Below are positions 19,313 through 28,047 of a stretch of 32,000 nt of DNA, in pieces. Each line of letters opens with the position of its first letter. Positions within the stretch are counted from its first letter, which is position 1. A model generated the notes under the pieces. The model ran no database searches. It was given only the letters and a program-made list of their open reading frames with translations, and was not told where the DNA came from. The DNA is from Mesoplasma florum L1. Lineage in GTDB: Bacteria; Bacillota_I; Bacilli_A; Mycoplasmatales; Mycoplasmataceae. The position numbers and the translations under genes were made by a program. The stretch covers positions 510,001 through 542,000 of the forward strand of contig NC_006055.1 of assembly GCF_000008305.1 (NCBI RefSeq), in the 5' to 3' direction.

Positions 19313-19926
19313 TTATTCAAGAAACCTTTCCTCAAATTCCAACACACAAAATGTATTATTTGCCAATCACTTAAATTATGATTTTAATTTTTATTGATGC
19401 TTGAAATACATTTTATACAACAATAACATTTAAAAAAGAAATATTTCATCATGTTTGAAATTTTGATACTCTAATAAATAAGAATTAGTATCTTGTTTGA
19501 ATATATAATAATTTCGAACATGAAAAATATTATGGATGCTTTTAATTTTGCAAAGCAAAAAACAATTGAGTCTTTCACAAAATACTATAAGTTTTATAAG
19601 TAAAAGTTATCTTATAAAATCTTTTAATAATATATGTTATTACTTGTTTTTTGGTATGTCTCTAACTATATTTTTTATAAACCTAATTTATTAAAGGTGC
19701 ATTACCTAGTCCTGAATTACATCCAAATAAAATTGCTCTTATATAATTATTTGGTAATTCTACTTGCCATCTTTAAAAAAATTTTATGAGAAATATTTTA
19801 AAACAAATTCAAAATAATTTAAATTGATAAATTAATATTTATTAAAATATTGAATATATTTTCTAATCTTTTTCTTTATTATATTTTTAAAATATATTTA
19901 AAACTATTAAATTAAAAAATTATATT

Positions 19927-20652
19927 CTAAAATACTTCTTTTCGATCATTAAATAAATATACTAATGATCCAATTCAGCTAAAGATATTAATTGATAATA
20001 CTGATGTAATTATAAATAGAATTTTAATTACTTTATTTTTAACTAACATTAATCTTCAAGCAAAGATAATGTTTAATAGATTAATTATAGTTACACTAGT
20101 TGAAACAATTACTATAATAAACATAATTTCATTAAAGTTATCTAACTTTAACTTTTTAATTAAATCTCTTAAGAAATCTAAATTAACATTATCAGGAATT
20201 TTAATTTCACCAAAGTCTAAGAAGTCATTAATTAATTTTACAAAATCATCTTTTGGTAATATTTGATTAAATAAATCCTTAACTTCTTGAGCCGATAGTG
20301 TTACAACTTCATTTTTAATTTTTACTGTTATATCACCTTTTAAGCTATCTAATACTTTTTGATAAATCTCTTCAGGATTAGTTTTATCTTTAACTGTTTG
20401 TATTGCATCATTGATCAATTTCTCTATATTAGTCTTTAAATCTTTTTCTAAATTATCAACTAAAGTTATAAAGTTTTCTTGACGTATATAAATAAAAATT
20501 AAGATAGAAATTAAAGAAAACATTATTAGTCCAATAATTGTAGTAGAAGAACCAAATAAGTTAAGTAGAATCCCATTCTTTCTACGTATGACTTTTTTAT
20601 TAAATTTCTTTTCCTCTTTTGAAGGTTTTTGCTTAATTACTTTTTCTTTCAT
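19927..20652 (-). CDS. membrane protein of the 'INLLNIIFAW' family (intact copy, 241 aa)
   Basis: Track ORF 20056..20652 (MKEKVIKQKPSKEEKKFNKKVIRRKNGILLNLFGSSTTIIGLIMFSLISILIFIY… has a basic N-terminus and a TM helix). It reads through TGA: …FIIVIVSTSVTIINLLNIIFAWRLMLVKNKVIKILFIITSVLSINIFSWIGSLVYLFNDRKEVF*, ending at TAG 19927-19929. Confidence 0.75.
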
Positions 20653-20719
20653 TTAATAGTTTCCTTAATTCTAATTAACTTGATTTTACTTGTTTAAAAA
20701 ACAAAAGTAATGAAAATCA

Positions 20720-21476
20720 CTAATAATATGAATACAAAACAAAAAAACAGTAATTAAAAAACTGTTTTTTTATCATTAACCATAAATACCAACATTCCAA
20801 TTCATTTATAATATTGATTGATAATATTGAAGTAATAATAAATAAAGGTTTTGAAATTTTGCCTTTAACTACAATTAATCTTGAAGAAAAAATAATATTT
20901 AATAAATTAATAGCTGTTAATACTGCTGCAACTATTACTAAAAGAAAATCCATATTTTTAACTATATCTAAATCTAGTTTAACAATTACTGTATTTATAA
21001 ATTCTGCATTAACAGTTTCATGTAATTGTACAGAACCACCATTGTCTAGTGAATTTTGAATTACTTGTGTTAATGTTGTTTTATCAAATACAGTTCCAAA
21101 AACATCTTTTACTTGTTCAAGACTTAAATGTTTTTTACCAAAGTTTAATCCGTTATCTTGAATTAATAATATTATTTTATTATAGATTTCTTCAGCTGAT
21201 AAACCTTGTTGTGGATTAGCATCTCTTATTAATTGTTCTAAAGTATCTTGAATTTTTGTTTAAGTTAAATTATTTAATATTTCTAAATATTTATAATTAA
21301 TCCTACTTTTCTTCTTTTAACATTTTTATTAAATTTCTTTTACTTCTTTGTTTTTATTTACAATCTCAAATTTTTTTAGCTATTGGTTGAATAACTTTTT
21401 TAGTTGATTTTGTTGCTGGTTTTTTTGTCGTTGATTCTTTTGTGGTTTGTGCACTTGTTTTCTTAGTGTTTGCCAT
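20720..21476 (-). pseudogene. decayed paralog of the 'INLLNIIFAW' family (N-terminal piece and C-terminal piece separated by stops in all frames)
   Basis: 21354..21476 encodes only MANTKKTSAQTTKESTTKKPATKSTKKVIQPIAKKIWDCK*. All three frames are closed between 21260 and 21353. 20720..21259 is open without a start: …EQLIRDANPQQGLSAEEIYNKI…VKNMDFLLVIVAAVLTAINLLNIIFSSRLIVVKGKISKPLFIITSILSINII…. The N-terminal TM segment present in the intact copy is missing. Confidence 0.65.
20741..20771 (-). terminator. perfect 11-bp hairpin (symmetric A/T-flanked terminator) inside the tail of the decayed paralog
   Basis: aaaaaaacagt (20741-20751) pairs with actgttttttt (20761-20771). Confidence 0.6.
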
Positions 21477-21511
21477 AAAAAATCCTATTTTCTATTTTTA
21501 AATTAAAATAT

Positions 21512-21537
21512 AAAAAACTTACTATTTCTAGTAAGTT
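21512..21537 (-). terminator. terminator overlapping the ABC permease stop codon
   Basis: aacttacta pairs with tagtaagtt, followed by T6 on the minus strand. Confidence 0.6.
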
Positions 21538-22379
21538 GCTTTACGATTTTGTAATGTTCATAATCAAATGAATAAAATGATAAATGCAATATTATATGCA
21601 TACCCTGCAAATATTAATCAGTTATTAGCATTTCATCAAAAACTTGACCCTGATGAAACTGATGGAATCATAAATAAAATTCAGCCAATTATACTTCGAT
21701 AAAAATTGTCTACTAATAATAACGGAATTAACGAAAAGTTAGCACTAACTAATAAATATTGAATGAAAAAGAAAGCGATAATAATAATTACTTTTATAGC
21801 TCCTTTTTTCGGTAAAGCTTGAATTAATACTGATAGTAATAAACCTAAGAAATAAGCTGATAGTACTTTTAATACTAAAGTTGCAAAGAATTGTAAATTC
21901 ATTAGTTCAATTACTTTAACTGACGAAATAGCTGTAGTTAAACCAAATATAATAATTATTATTAGAGTTGCTATAATTGCTTGTGCTATTAATAATATTG
22001 CATTATAGATTAAGCCAAAGTTTTTAATTTGGTATCTTTTGATTCCACCAAATAAGAATATACGGTTAACTTTTTTGCTTATATTATCATTAAGTGTGCT
22101 TTTCATACTTGTGATTGAAAAAACTAGCATTAAAGCACCAACTATCATCATAACAACACCCACTGTTAACTCTGTTTTATCTGGTTCATCAACTAAAGCC
22201 ATTTTAACAGCAACATAGCTTAATAAACTAATAGTTCCAATTAAAGCTATTGTAAATAAAGATAAAATTACAAAACCAGATTTGAAGCCATTAAAGAAGT
22301 TATATTTAAAATAAATAGCAAATTTATTTTTAGTAGGAAATTTTGCACTTAAATGCATTTTTTTATTATTTGATCTCAT
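21528..22379 (-). CDS. ABC-2-type transporter permease (283 aa)
   Basis: Track ORF 21681..22379 is extended through TGA (…RSIIGW-ILFMIPSVSSGSSFWWNANNWLIFAGYAYNIAFIILFIWLWTLQNRKATY*) to TAG 21528-21530 (triplets checked). It has six or more hydrophobic segments, and its start lies 3 nt after the ATPase stop. Confidence 0.75.
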
Positions 22380-22381
22380 AA

Positions 22382-23089
22382 TTAAAAATCCCCTATTTCA
22401 GTAAATTCATAAAATGATTTAAAGCTTTCTCTTAAATTTGATTTATGATCTTTAATATTTACATCTTTAACAATAGTGTTATCTTTAATAATTAATCCAC
22501 GATCACAAAATTTTTCAACTTCGTCTAGAATATGACTACAATAAATAATAGTTAAATCTTTTTCTTTTAATTTATCCATAATTTTTTCAAATAATTCTAC
22601 AGCAATTGGATCTAATCCTCTTGTTGGTTCATCAAAAATTAAAATTTCTTTATCTCCAGATATTGCTAAAATAATTTTTAATTTTTGTACCATACCAGAT
22701 GATAAACTACCAATTAATGAACTATCATTTAAATCAAATGCTAATACTTTAGCAAACATTTCAATGTTAGTGTTAAATTTTTCACTATTTTCTAATTCTT
22801 TAATATATCCTACATACTCAGATACACTTAATTTTTTAGGAATATCTAAATTAGCTGATATATAGCCAATTTTACTAATATCAAAATTCTTATCTGTTGA
22901 CTTAATACCATTAATAAGAATTTCACCTTTTCTTGGTAAGTGAAAACCTAATAATAGTTCAATAAAAGTTGTTTTACCAGCTCCATTAGGACCAACTAAA
23001 CCTATTTGTTCTTTATCAATAATAATATTTACACCTTTTAATCCTTTATTAGATGCAAACATTTTATCTACGTTTTTAAATTCAATCAT
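22382..23089 (-). CDS. ABC transporter ATP-binding protein (ABC-2/DrrA-like single NBD)
   Basis: Walker A GPNGAGKTT, signature LSSGMVQK, Walker B ILIFDEPTRGLD, H-loop CSH. Confidence 0.93.
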   Translation of the reverse strand: MIEFKNVDKMFASNKGLKGVNIIIDKEQIGLVGPNGAGKTTFIELLLGFHLPRKGEILINGIKSTDKNFDISKIGYISANLDIPKKLSVSEYVGYIKELENSEKFNTNIEMFAKVLAFDLNDSSLIGSLSSGMVQKLKIILAISGDKEILIFDEPTRGLDPIAVELFEKIMDKLKEKDLTIIYCSHILDEVEKFCDRGLIIKDNTIVKDVNIKDHKSNLRESFKSFYEFTEIGDF

Positions 23090-23141
23090 AAATAATACCT
23101 TTAACCTTATTTAAAATAGATTATAACTAAATATAAAATAA

Positions 23142-23161
23142 AAAAGACCATATGGTCTTTT
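23142..23161 (-). terminator. palindromic hairpin terminator after the 200-aa lipoprotein gene
   Basis: aaaagacca-ta-tggtctttt, with A/T runs on both sides. Confidence 0.65.
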
Positions 23162-23192
23162 AAAAAATATTTAATTTAAGTATTTTTATAAA

Positions 23193-23795
23193 TTATTCAG
23201 CTAGCTGAGCAATAGTTAAAACTAATTGACCTTCAACTAACTCTGATGAATCGTTTGCTTTAATTGTAATTGTTCCTGTAGCTTCATTTGTTGCATCTAC
23301 TTTAGTAATTGTTACATCTTCAGCTTTTAAACCAGATAAACCTTCTACTTTAACTAATTCTGCAATTACAGCTAAGTCTTCAGTATCATTTTTTGCTACA
23401 AAATCAGTTAATTCAATTTTTGATAAATCTACTTTAGTAACTTCTGGATTAGTGTTTTCTTCTGTCCCTTTGTAAGTTACATTGTAAACAGTTTCACCAT
23501 CTTTGATTTTAGCACCTTTTAAAGTGATTCCTTCAACAGTTGCTTGTTCACTAACAGTTAAATCTTTATTCTTAGCTTTAAAAGCATCTAAAATAACTGC
23601 TGCATTAGTTTTACCCTCTTTATTTTTTGCATCTGCTTTGTATTGTTCTCTAATTGGTGTACCAGCAATTGTGATATCTCCCAACGCTAAAATAACTTTG
23701 TCCCCTGGATCTGTAGTATTGCTACATGAAACAGCAACTGAAGCTCCTGTTGCTGTTAAACCAACAGCTCCTAATATTGATAATAATTTTTTCAT
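23193..23795 (-). CDS. lipoprotein (200 aa) carrying one module related to the 87-aa repeat of the large surface protein
   Basis: MKKLLSILGAVGLTATGASVAVS-C-SNTT is a signal peptide plus lipobox. The C-terminal …LAVIAELVKVEGLSGLKAEDVTITKVDATNEATGTITIKANDSSELVEGQLVLTI follows the pattern of …VKTQIETVLTAAGLVNGTDYVDFTVARTDDEATTSVEITGKGSDKVVDGSKVTFVVT. Confidence 0.9.
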   Translation of the reverse strand: MKKLLSILGAVGLTATGASVAVSCSNTTDPGDKVILALGDITIAGTPIREQYKADAKNKEGKTNAAVILDAFKAKNKDLTVSEQATVEGITLKGAKIKDGETVYNVTYKGTEENTNPEVTKVDLSKIELTDFVAKNDTEDLAVIAELVKVEGLSGLKAEDVTITKVDATNEATGTITIKANDSSELVEGQLVLTIAQLAE

Positions 23796-23891
23796 TATTT
23801 ATCCCCTTTTCTTATTAAATATTAAAAGCAAGAAAAATCTTACCTTGCATAAATTATAAAACTAAATTTTTTCAAATTGTGAGTTTGGAAT

Positions 23892-23939
23892 AAAAAAAAA
23901 AAAAAAAGCAAAATTTTGGAAAAAATTCTCAAAATTTTG
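23892..23939 (-). terminator. hairpin + T16 module (minus strand), 96 nt upstream of the lipoprotein start and just after the upstream membrane-protein stop
   Basis: Plus strand: A16 (23892-23907), then g-caaaattttg (23909-23918), loop gaaaaaattct, caaaattttg (23930-23939), a 10-bp stem. Confidence 0.6.
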
Positions 23940-23958
23940 ATCTTTTTACTCTTTTTGG

Positions 23959-24684
23959 CTAAGTTATTGATAAAACAAAACGTTTATATTTAATACTTTG
24001 AATTAAGTTATTATTATAAACTAATCATAAATGTTGCAATGAAAATCAAACAAAGAAGGTTATTATTAAATACAATACATATAATCAAACTGAATTACCT
24101 ATAAATAAGTTTTGAAAGTCTACAAATGGATAAGGATATCTTCCTGTATTAAGGTTTTGTAAATATAACTCTCCCCTTATATATACATATGCTAAATAAC
24201 TTGCTGCATAGATAAATACAATGTAGATATCTCATTTCTTATAAAAGTTATATTCATATCTTTCATTGCCCATACTAAATTGATAGATAATAAATAATAA
24301 TATAGGACAAATTAAATGCGTTACTATGGTACAGATTATTTGATTAGTACCATAGTTAACTATACTATCTTCTCCAGACTTAACATAATATACTACACCC
24401 ATTCAAAATATTAAAAATACTAACATATTTAAATTCATAATAGCCATTCTAAAACGATCAGTTAATATTCCATGCTTTTCTTTTTTATCAAAATTAATGA
24501 TATAGATAATTAATCAAACTATTGTCATAATATTAACTTGCACTGAAAAGAAACTCATTAAGATATCATAATTTGTAAATGCATTTTTACTATATCAATA
24601 TTCAACAAAGCTTGAAAGGTAAAATCCTCAGCATAAAAAACCTATAAATAGTAGACAAGCTATTAAATGATAATATCAAATTCA
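23959..24684 (-). CDS. polytopic membrane protein (YPYPF motif; possibly Pr6Pr / AIG1-like family), N-terminus apparently frameshifted
   Basis: The frame is open from 24684 (TTG) to TAG 23959-23961: …NACLLFIGFLCWGFYLSSFVEYWYSKNAF…RGELYLQNLNTGRYPYPFVDFQNLFIGNSVWLYVLYLIITFFVWF…. The only ATG with a sensible N-terminus (24710, MKTKPYYKNWIWYYHL) is in another frame and stops after 22 codons. Confidence 0.6.
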
Positions 24685-24734
24685 ATTTTTATAATATGGT
24701 TTTGTTTTCATACTATAATTTAATCATAAAAAAA

Positions 24735-24758
24735 CAAAAGACTATAGTGAGTCTTTTG
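24735..24758 (-). terminator. rho-independent terminator after lipoprotein gene 24791..25627
   Basis: caaaagact pairs with agtcttttg, loop atagtg, followed by T7 on the minus strand. Confidence 0.7.
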
Positions 24759-24790
24759 AACTTATTATTAAAGTTAAATAAATTTTGCAT

Positions 24791-25627
24791 TTAAACATTT
24801 ATAGTTGTATTAAAGTAATATTTAAGCATTACACTACCTTGATAATATTCATCATTATCATCAACATTTATAATTACATAAAAAAGATTTGGTTCTACTT
24901 CTTCTTTATAAATAACAAATAATCTATTTATAAGTTGTGGTACTAATTTATAAACACTATTTAAGATTCCTTCATCAGTATTTTCTTCAACTTGAATAAA
25001 ACTTCCTTCTTCTATTAAAGAATTAATTTCAATTTGAAATTTTGGTATTTCTTCTTCTTTATAAATAGTTATGTTGATAATAACATTACCTTGATATATT
25101 GGATCTTTATCATATACAGATAAATTTCATTCTAATTCAGTTAATCTTTCAAGTAGTAAATTAGTAGAAATTAATTCGGGATAAATTTCTTTAATTTTGT
25201 TTAAGATATTTAATTCATTTAGTTCACTATTTTCATCTAATATAATGTTTTTGTCTAAAACTATATCAATCAATTCTTTTTTAACTGATGGTAATTTTGG
25301 TATCTCTTCATTTTTAATTAAACTAAACTCTTTAAAACCTTCATAGTATAAATCATTATCATCAACATGGACTTCTCACTCTAGTTCAAAGGAAACTAGT
25401 TTTAATTTACAATCATTTAATTTTGGATATGCTACTTTTATTGCGTTTAAAATATTATCTTTATTTATTTCCATTCAATAAGGTATCTCAATATAATTGT
25501 CAGTAAATATTGTTTTTATATCAGTTTTTACAATTATTGGTATCTCTTTTGTGTCACAACTAATTACTATTGTTGATGTACACATTGTTAAAGTTAAACC
25601 TGTTAATAAATTAAGTAATTTTTTCAT
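24791..25627 (-). CDS. lipoprotein (278 aa) built of three ~85-aa modules
   Basis: Start chosen at MKKLLNLLTGLTLTMCTSTIVIS-C-DTKE (RBS aaaggaaag). The track ORF's 12 extra residues lack an RBS. The gene reads through 3 TGA to TAA 24791-24793. Repeated module: I(L)N.IK..YP.L……E(L)EW.(V/L)…D(D)…YY/YQG. Confidence 0.8.
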
Positions 25628-25686
25628 AAACTTTCCTTTGTGAGGTGTTACCCTCAACTTCATTTTATGACTTAAAAATAAATAAA

Positions 25687-25707
25687 AAAATGGTTTTAAA
25701 CCATTTT
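25687..25707 (-). terminator. terminator after lipoprotein gene 25709..26476
   Basis: The palindrome aaaatggttt-t-aaaccatttt is followed by a T-run on the minus strand. Confidence 0.6.
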
Positions 25708-25708
25708 G

Positions 25709-26476
25709 TTAAATATATAATTCTATAATACATTCACCATAATAAAGCACTTCATTTGAATCTATAATAATTGATCAATGAGATTTGTCTAATTTAATCG
25801 CTGACATTTTAATATTATTTAATTCAGGATAGCTATTTCTAATTAACTTTAAAACTAATATCTCGTGTGTGTTTAAAGTTGTTACTTTAAACTCTTTTTG
25901 ATTTATGACTTCTTGTATATCTTTAACAATGAAAACTTTTAATATTAAATAGCCATCATAATTTTCATCACTTGTTTCAGCTAATATTTTTCAAGTATTA
26001 TTATATTTCTCACAAATTAAATTAGCATTTTCTAAAATAGGGTTATTCTTTTTAAAATTGTAAATTATCGTATCTGGATTTTCTTCTGCTAATTTTAAAT
26101 AAATGTTTGGATAAAAGATATTGATATTAGTTTTTTGTTTTATTTCTATTTGTATAAAACCAATGTAAATATTCTCATTTAAACTGGTTAAGAAATATTC
26201 TTCATTTTTAATTACAGATAATTCATTTCAATCTATGTTAATTTCTTTATTTAAAAAAATGAACTTTTCTAATATTAATTTTTCATTGAGTTCTTCATCA
26301 CTTAATAATACAACTTTTGTTATTAAATCTAAAGACTTTAAGTCTATTGGTTCATTGTTAATTTCTGGTTGTTCAATATTATTTTTATCATAATCATTAG
26401 TAGTACAAGCAACCAGACTACTAATTACAATTGTTGAAAGACTAATTCCTGTTATAAATAGTAATAATTTTTTCAT
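25709..26476 (-). CDS. lipoprotein (255 aa), paralogous module type to 24791..25627
   Basis: MKKLLLFITGISLSTIVISSLVA-C-TTND is a signal peptide plus lipobox. Track ORF 26228..26476 is extended through TGA to TAA 25709-25711. Modules: …ILVLKLIRNSYPELNNIKM…, …LICEKYNNTWKIL…DENYDGY…. Confidence 0.8.
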
Positions 26477-26561
26477 AATTTTATTCCTTTATACTTTCTA
26501 ATTGTTATTAAGTATTAGAAAAGCAAAAAAGCAATTAATATAATGATTTTTATTTTTAAAT

Positions 26562-26591
26562 AAAAAAGAACCTTACAGTAAGTAAAGTTCC
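26562..26591 (-). terminator. imperfect hairpin + T-run downstream of the XRE gene
   Basis: Minus strand: ggaac-ttta-cttac-t-gtaag-gttc-tttttt. Confidence 0.4.
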
Positions 26592-26622
26592 TTAAATATA
26601 TTTTTTCAGTATAAAGTACAAA

Positions 26623-26850
26623 TTAAGCTTTTAATAATTCTTGAGGTGTTGTTTCAAGTCCTTCAATAAGTTTTTGTAAAATTTTAATTGTTATATTTCT
26701 TCTTCCTCTTTCAAAATCAGAAATATAATTTTTTGAAATGCCACATCTAAAGCCTAATTCTTCTTGAGTTAAACCTTTACTAGATCTAATCTTTCTTAAA
26801 TTAGCTGCAATAATCAAAATTAAATCGTCTTCACCACTATACTTTTTCAT
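26623..26850 (-). CDS. XRE-family helix-turn-helix transcriptional regulator (75 aa)
   Basis: …LRKIRSSKGLTQEELGFRCGISKNYISDFERGRRNITIKILQKLIEGL… is a classic Cro/C1-type HTH. The ATG lies inside the last codons of the upstream gene (14-nt overlap). Confidence 0.88.
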   Translation of the reverse strand: MKKYSGEDDLILIIAANLRKIRSSKGLTQEELGFRCGISKNYISDFERGRRNITIKILQKLIEGLETTPQELLKA

Positions 26851-27970
26851 TATTTAAACTTTCTCTTAAACCTTTTAAAGATTTAAACTTGATTGTCTTA
26901 CGTGAAGGAACCATTTTTAATTCACCAGTTTTCATATCTTTCATTGTTGTTTCATCTACAAAAACAGTTGAAAACTTAGCAAAATTATTAATTTTGATTT
27001 CTGAACCTTCATTAACTAAATTGTTTTCCATTAATTCAAATAAACTATCAACAATTTTTTTAATTTTAACTTTTGTCAATTTATTTTCATTATTTGAAAA
27101 AATTGAATTAACCAAATCATTTTTTGTTACCTTATTTTTTCTTATTACGGGCTTTTTTTGATTTATTTTACCTGCCTCAACAACATCAATATTTTCTGAT
27201 TGTTTTTTTTCATTAATTTGATTTATATTTTCATTTTCAGTAATTTTAATTTCTCCGTCTGTTGAAGCATCTTTAAAATTAAGATATTGATATTCAACTT
27301 TTCTTAATTCATTACCTATTTTTTTCATAAATAGAATTAATTCTTTTTTAGTCATTTCTTCTAAAACTACATCATCAACTTCTATATTATTTAAAATTGC
27401 GTAATTTCTAATTTTATAAGCATTTTTAACTAACTCACTTAAATTTTCTTTGATTAAAACTGATCCATCTGTTTTTGCTCTTTGTTGTAACAAAGTCAAA
27501 TCGTTATCACTTTCATTATTAATTTCTTCAAAAAATGTTTTGTCTTCCTCAAAATGAGGATATAAATCAATATCAGGATTTTCAACTTCTAATACTATTT
27601 CAGTTTCAACTTTTTGATTTTTTATTGAAGCTTTAAAATCTTTTTTTGCTTTTTTTGCTTTTTTGTTTTTAAATTTAATAATTAGAACAATTCAAGTAAG
27701 TACTAAAATAGGTAAAACTATTAGCAAAATAATATTCGATATATAATCAATTAAATTTGGCAAACTTAGATCTGTTGGGGGAATTATTCCAATAGTTTTA
27801 AATGCATCTAAAATATCCGTATTATTTACTAATGCATTTACTATTTTCATTAAAAAGAAAATAACTATTGTAATTAATACAGAAAACGCCAAGCTTACTT
27901 TAATTACATTACTTTTTGATTTTTTTAAAAAATTATTTTTTTGCTTTTTATTTTTTTCTTGTTTTTCCAT
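26837..27970 (-). CDS. two-TM membrane protein with C-terminal HU/IHF-like DNA-binding domain (377 aa)
   Basis: Track ORFs 27692..28021 and 26837..27499 are joined through one TGA (…PILVLTW-IVLIIKFKNKKAKKAKK…). Start chosen at MEKQEKNKK (27970, RBS gaaagga), because the longer ORF start lies inside the upstream terminator hairpin. The C-terminal 90 aa, VTKNDLVNSIFS…LTKVKIKKIVDSLFELMENNLVNEGSEIKINNFAKFSTVFVDETTMKDMKTGELKMVPSRKTIKFKSLKGLRESL, follows the HU pattern (K.eLi…v..vl..i…L..G..v.l.gFG.F……r.p.TGe.i.ip…v.FK.gk.Lk). Confidence 0.65.
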
Positions 27971-27991
27971 TAGTATCCTTTCTAAATACAA

Positions 27992-28018
27992 AACCCTTCT
28001 TTTATTTAAAGAAGGGTT
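27992..28018 (-). terminator. terminator hairpin after the 78-aa gene
   Basis: aacccttct pairs with agaagggtt, followed by a T-rich tail on the minus strand. Confidence 0.6.
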
Positions 28019-28047
28019 CAAAGTTATTTTTGATAAACCATTTCTTA

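Noticed and set aside
19690-19740. Locally GC-richer patch (aaaggtgcattacctagtcctgaattacatcc) considered as a tRNA or small-RNA fragment
   Set aside because: I could not fold a cloverleaf or a conserved tRNA arm from it. It more likely belongs to the lipobox-like gene debris (…AILFGCNSGLGNAP…) on the minus strand.
21528-23089. ABC transporter pair as the dedicated exporter of the GG-leader peptide
   Set aside because: The ATPase is a 235-aa stand-alone NBD with a separate ABC-2-type permease and has no N-terminal C39 peptidase domain. It lies 14 kb from the peptide gene and behind its own lipoprotein gene.
23503-23859. Plus-strand track ORF (118 aa) and similar plus-strand ORFs at 6374..6565, 16193..16390, 17711..18025, 18101..18328, 20069..20266, 20814..21059, 26889..27161, 30831..31040, 31817..31999
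   Set aside because: All are antisense shadows of well-supported minus-strand genes. They have Leu/Phe/Ile/Ser-rich composition typical of AT-rich reverse frames and lack an RBS.
25628-25663. Longer start for lipoprotein 24791..25627 (MKLRVTPHKGKF-MKKLL…)
   Set aside because: The extension has no RBS. MKKLLNLL… with RBS aaaggaaag matches the standard lipoprotein signal seen in every other lipoprotein here.
27971-28021. Longer start for the TM-HU gene (MNPSLNKRRVLYLERIL-MEKQ…)
   Set aside because: The extra codons are the terminator hairpin of the upstream gene (aacccttct/agaagggtt). The internal ATG at 27970 has a proper RBS.
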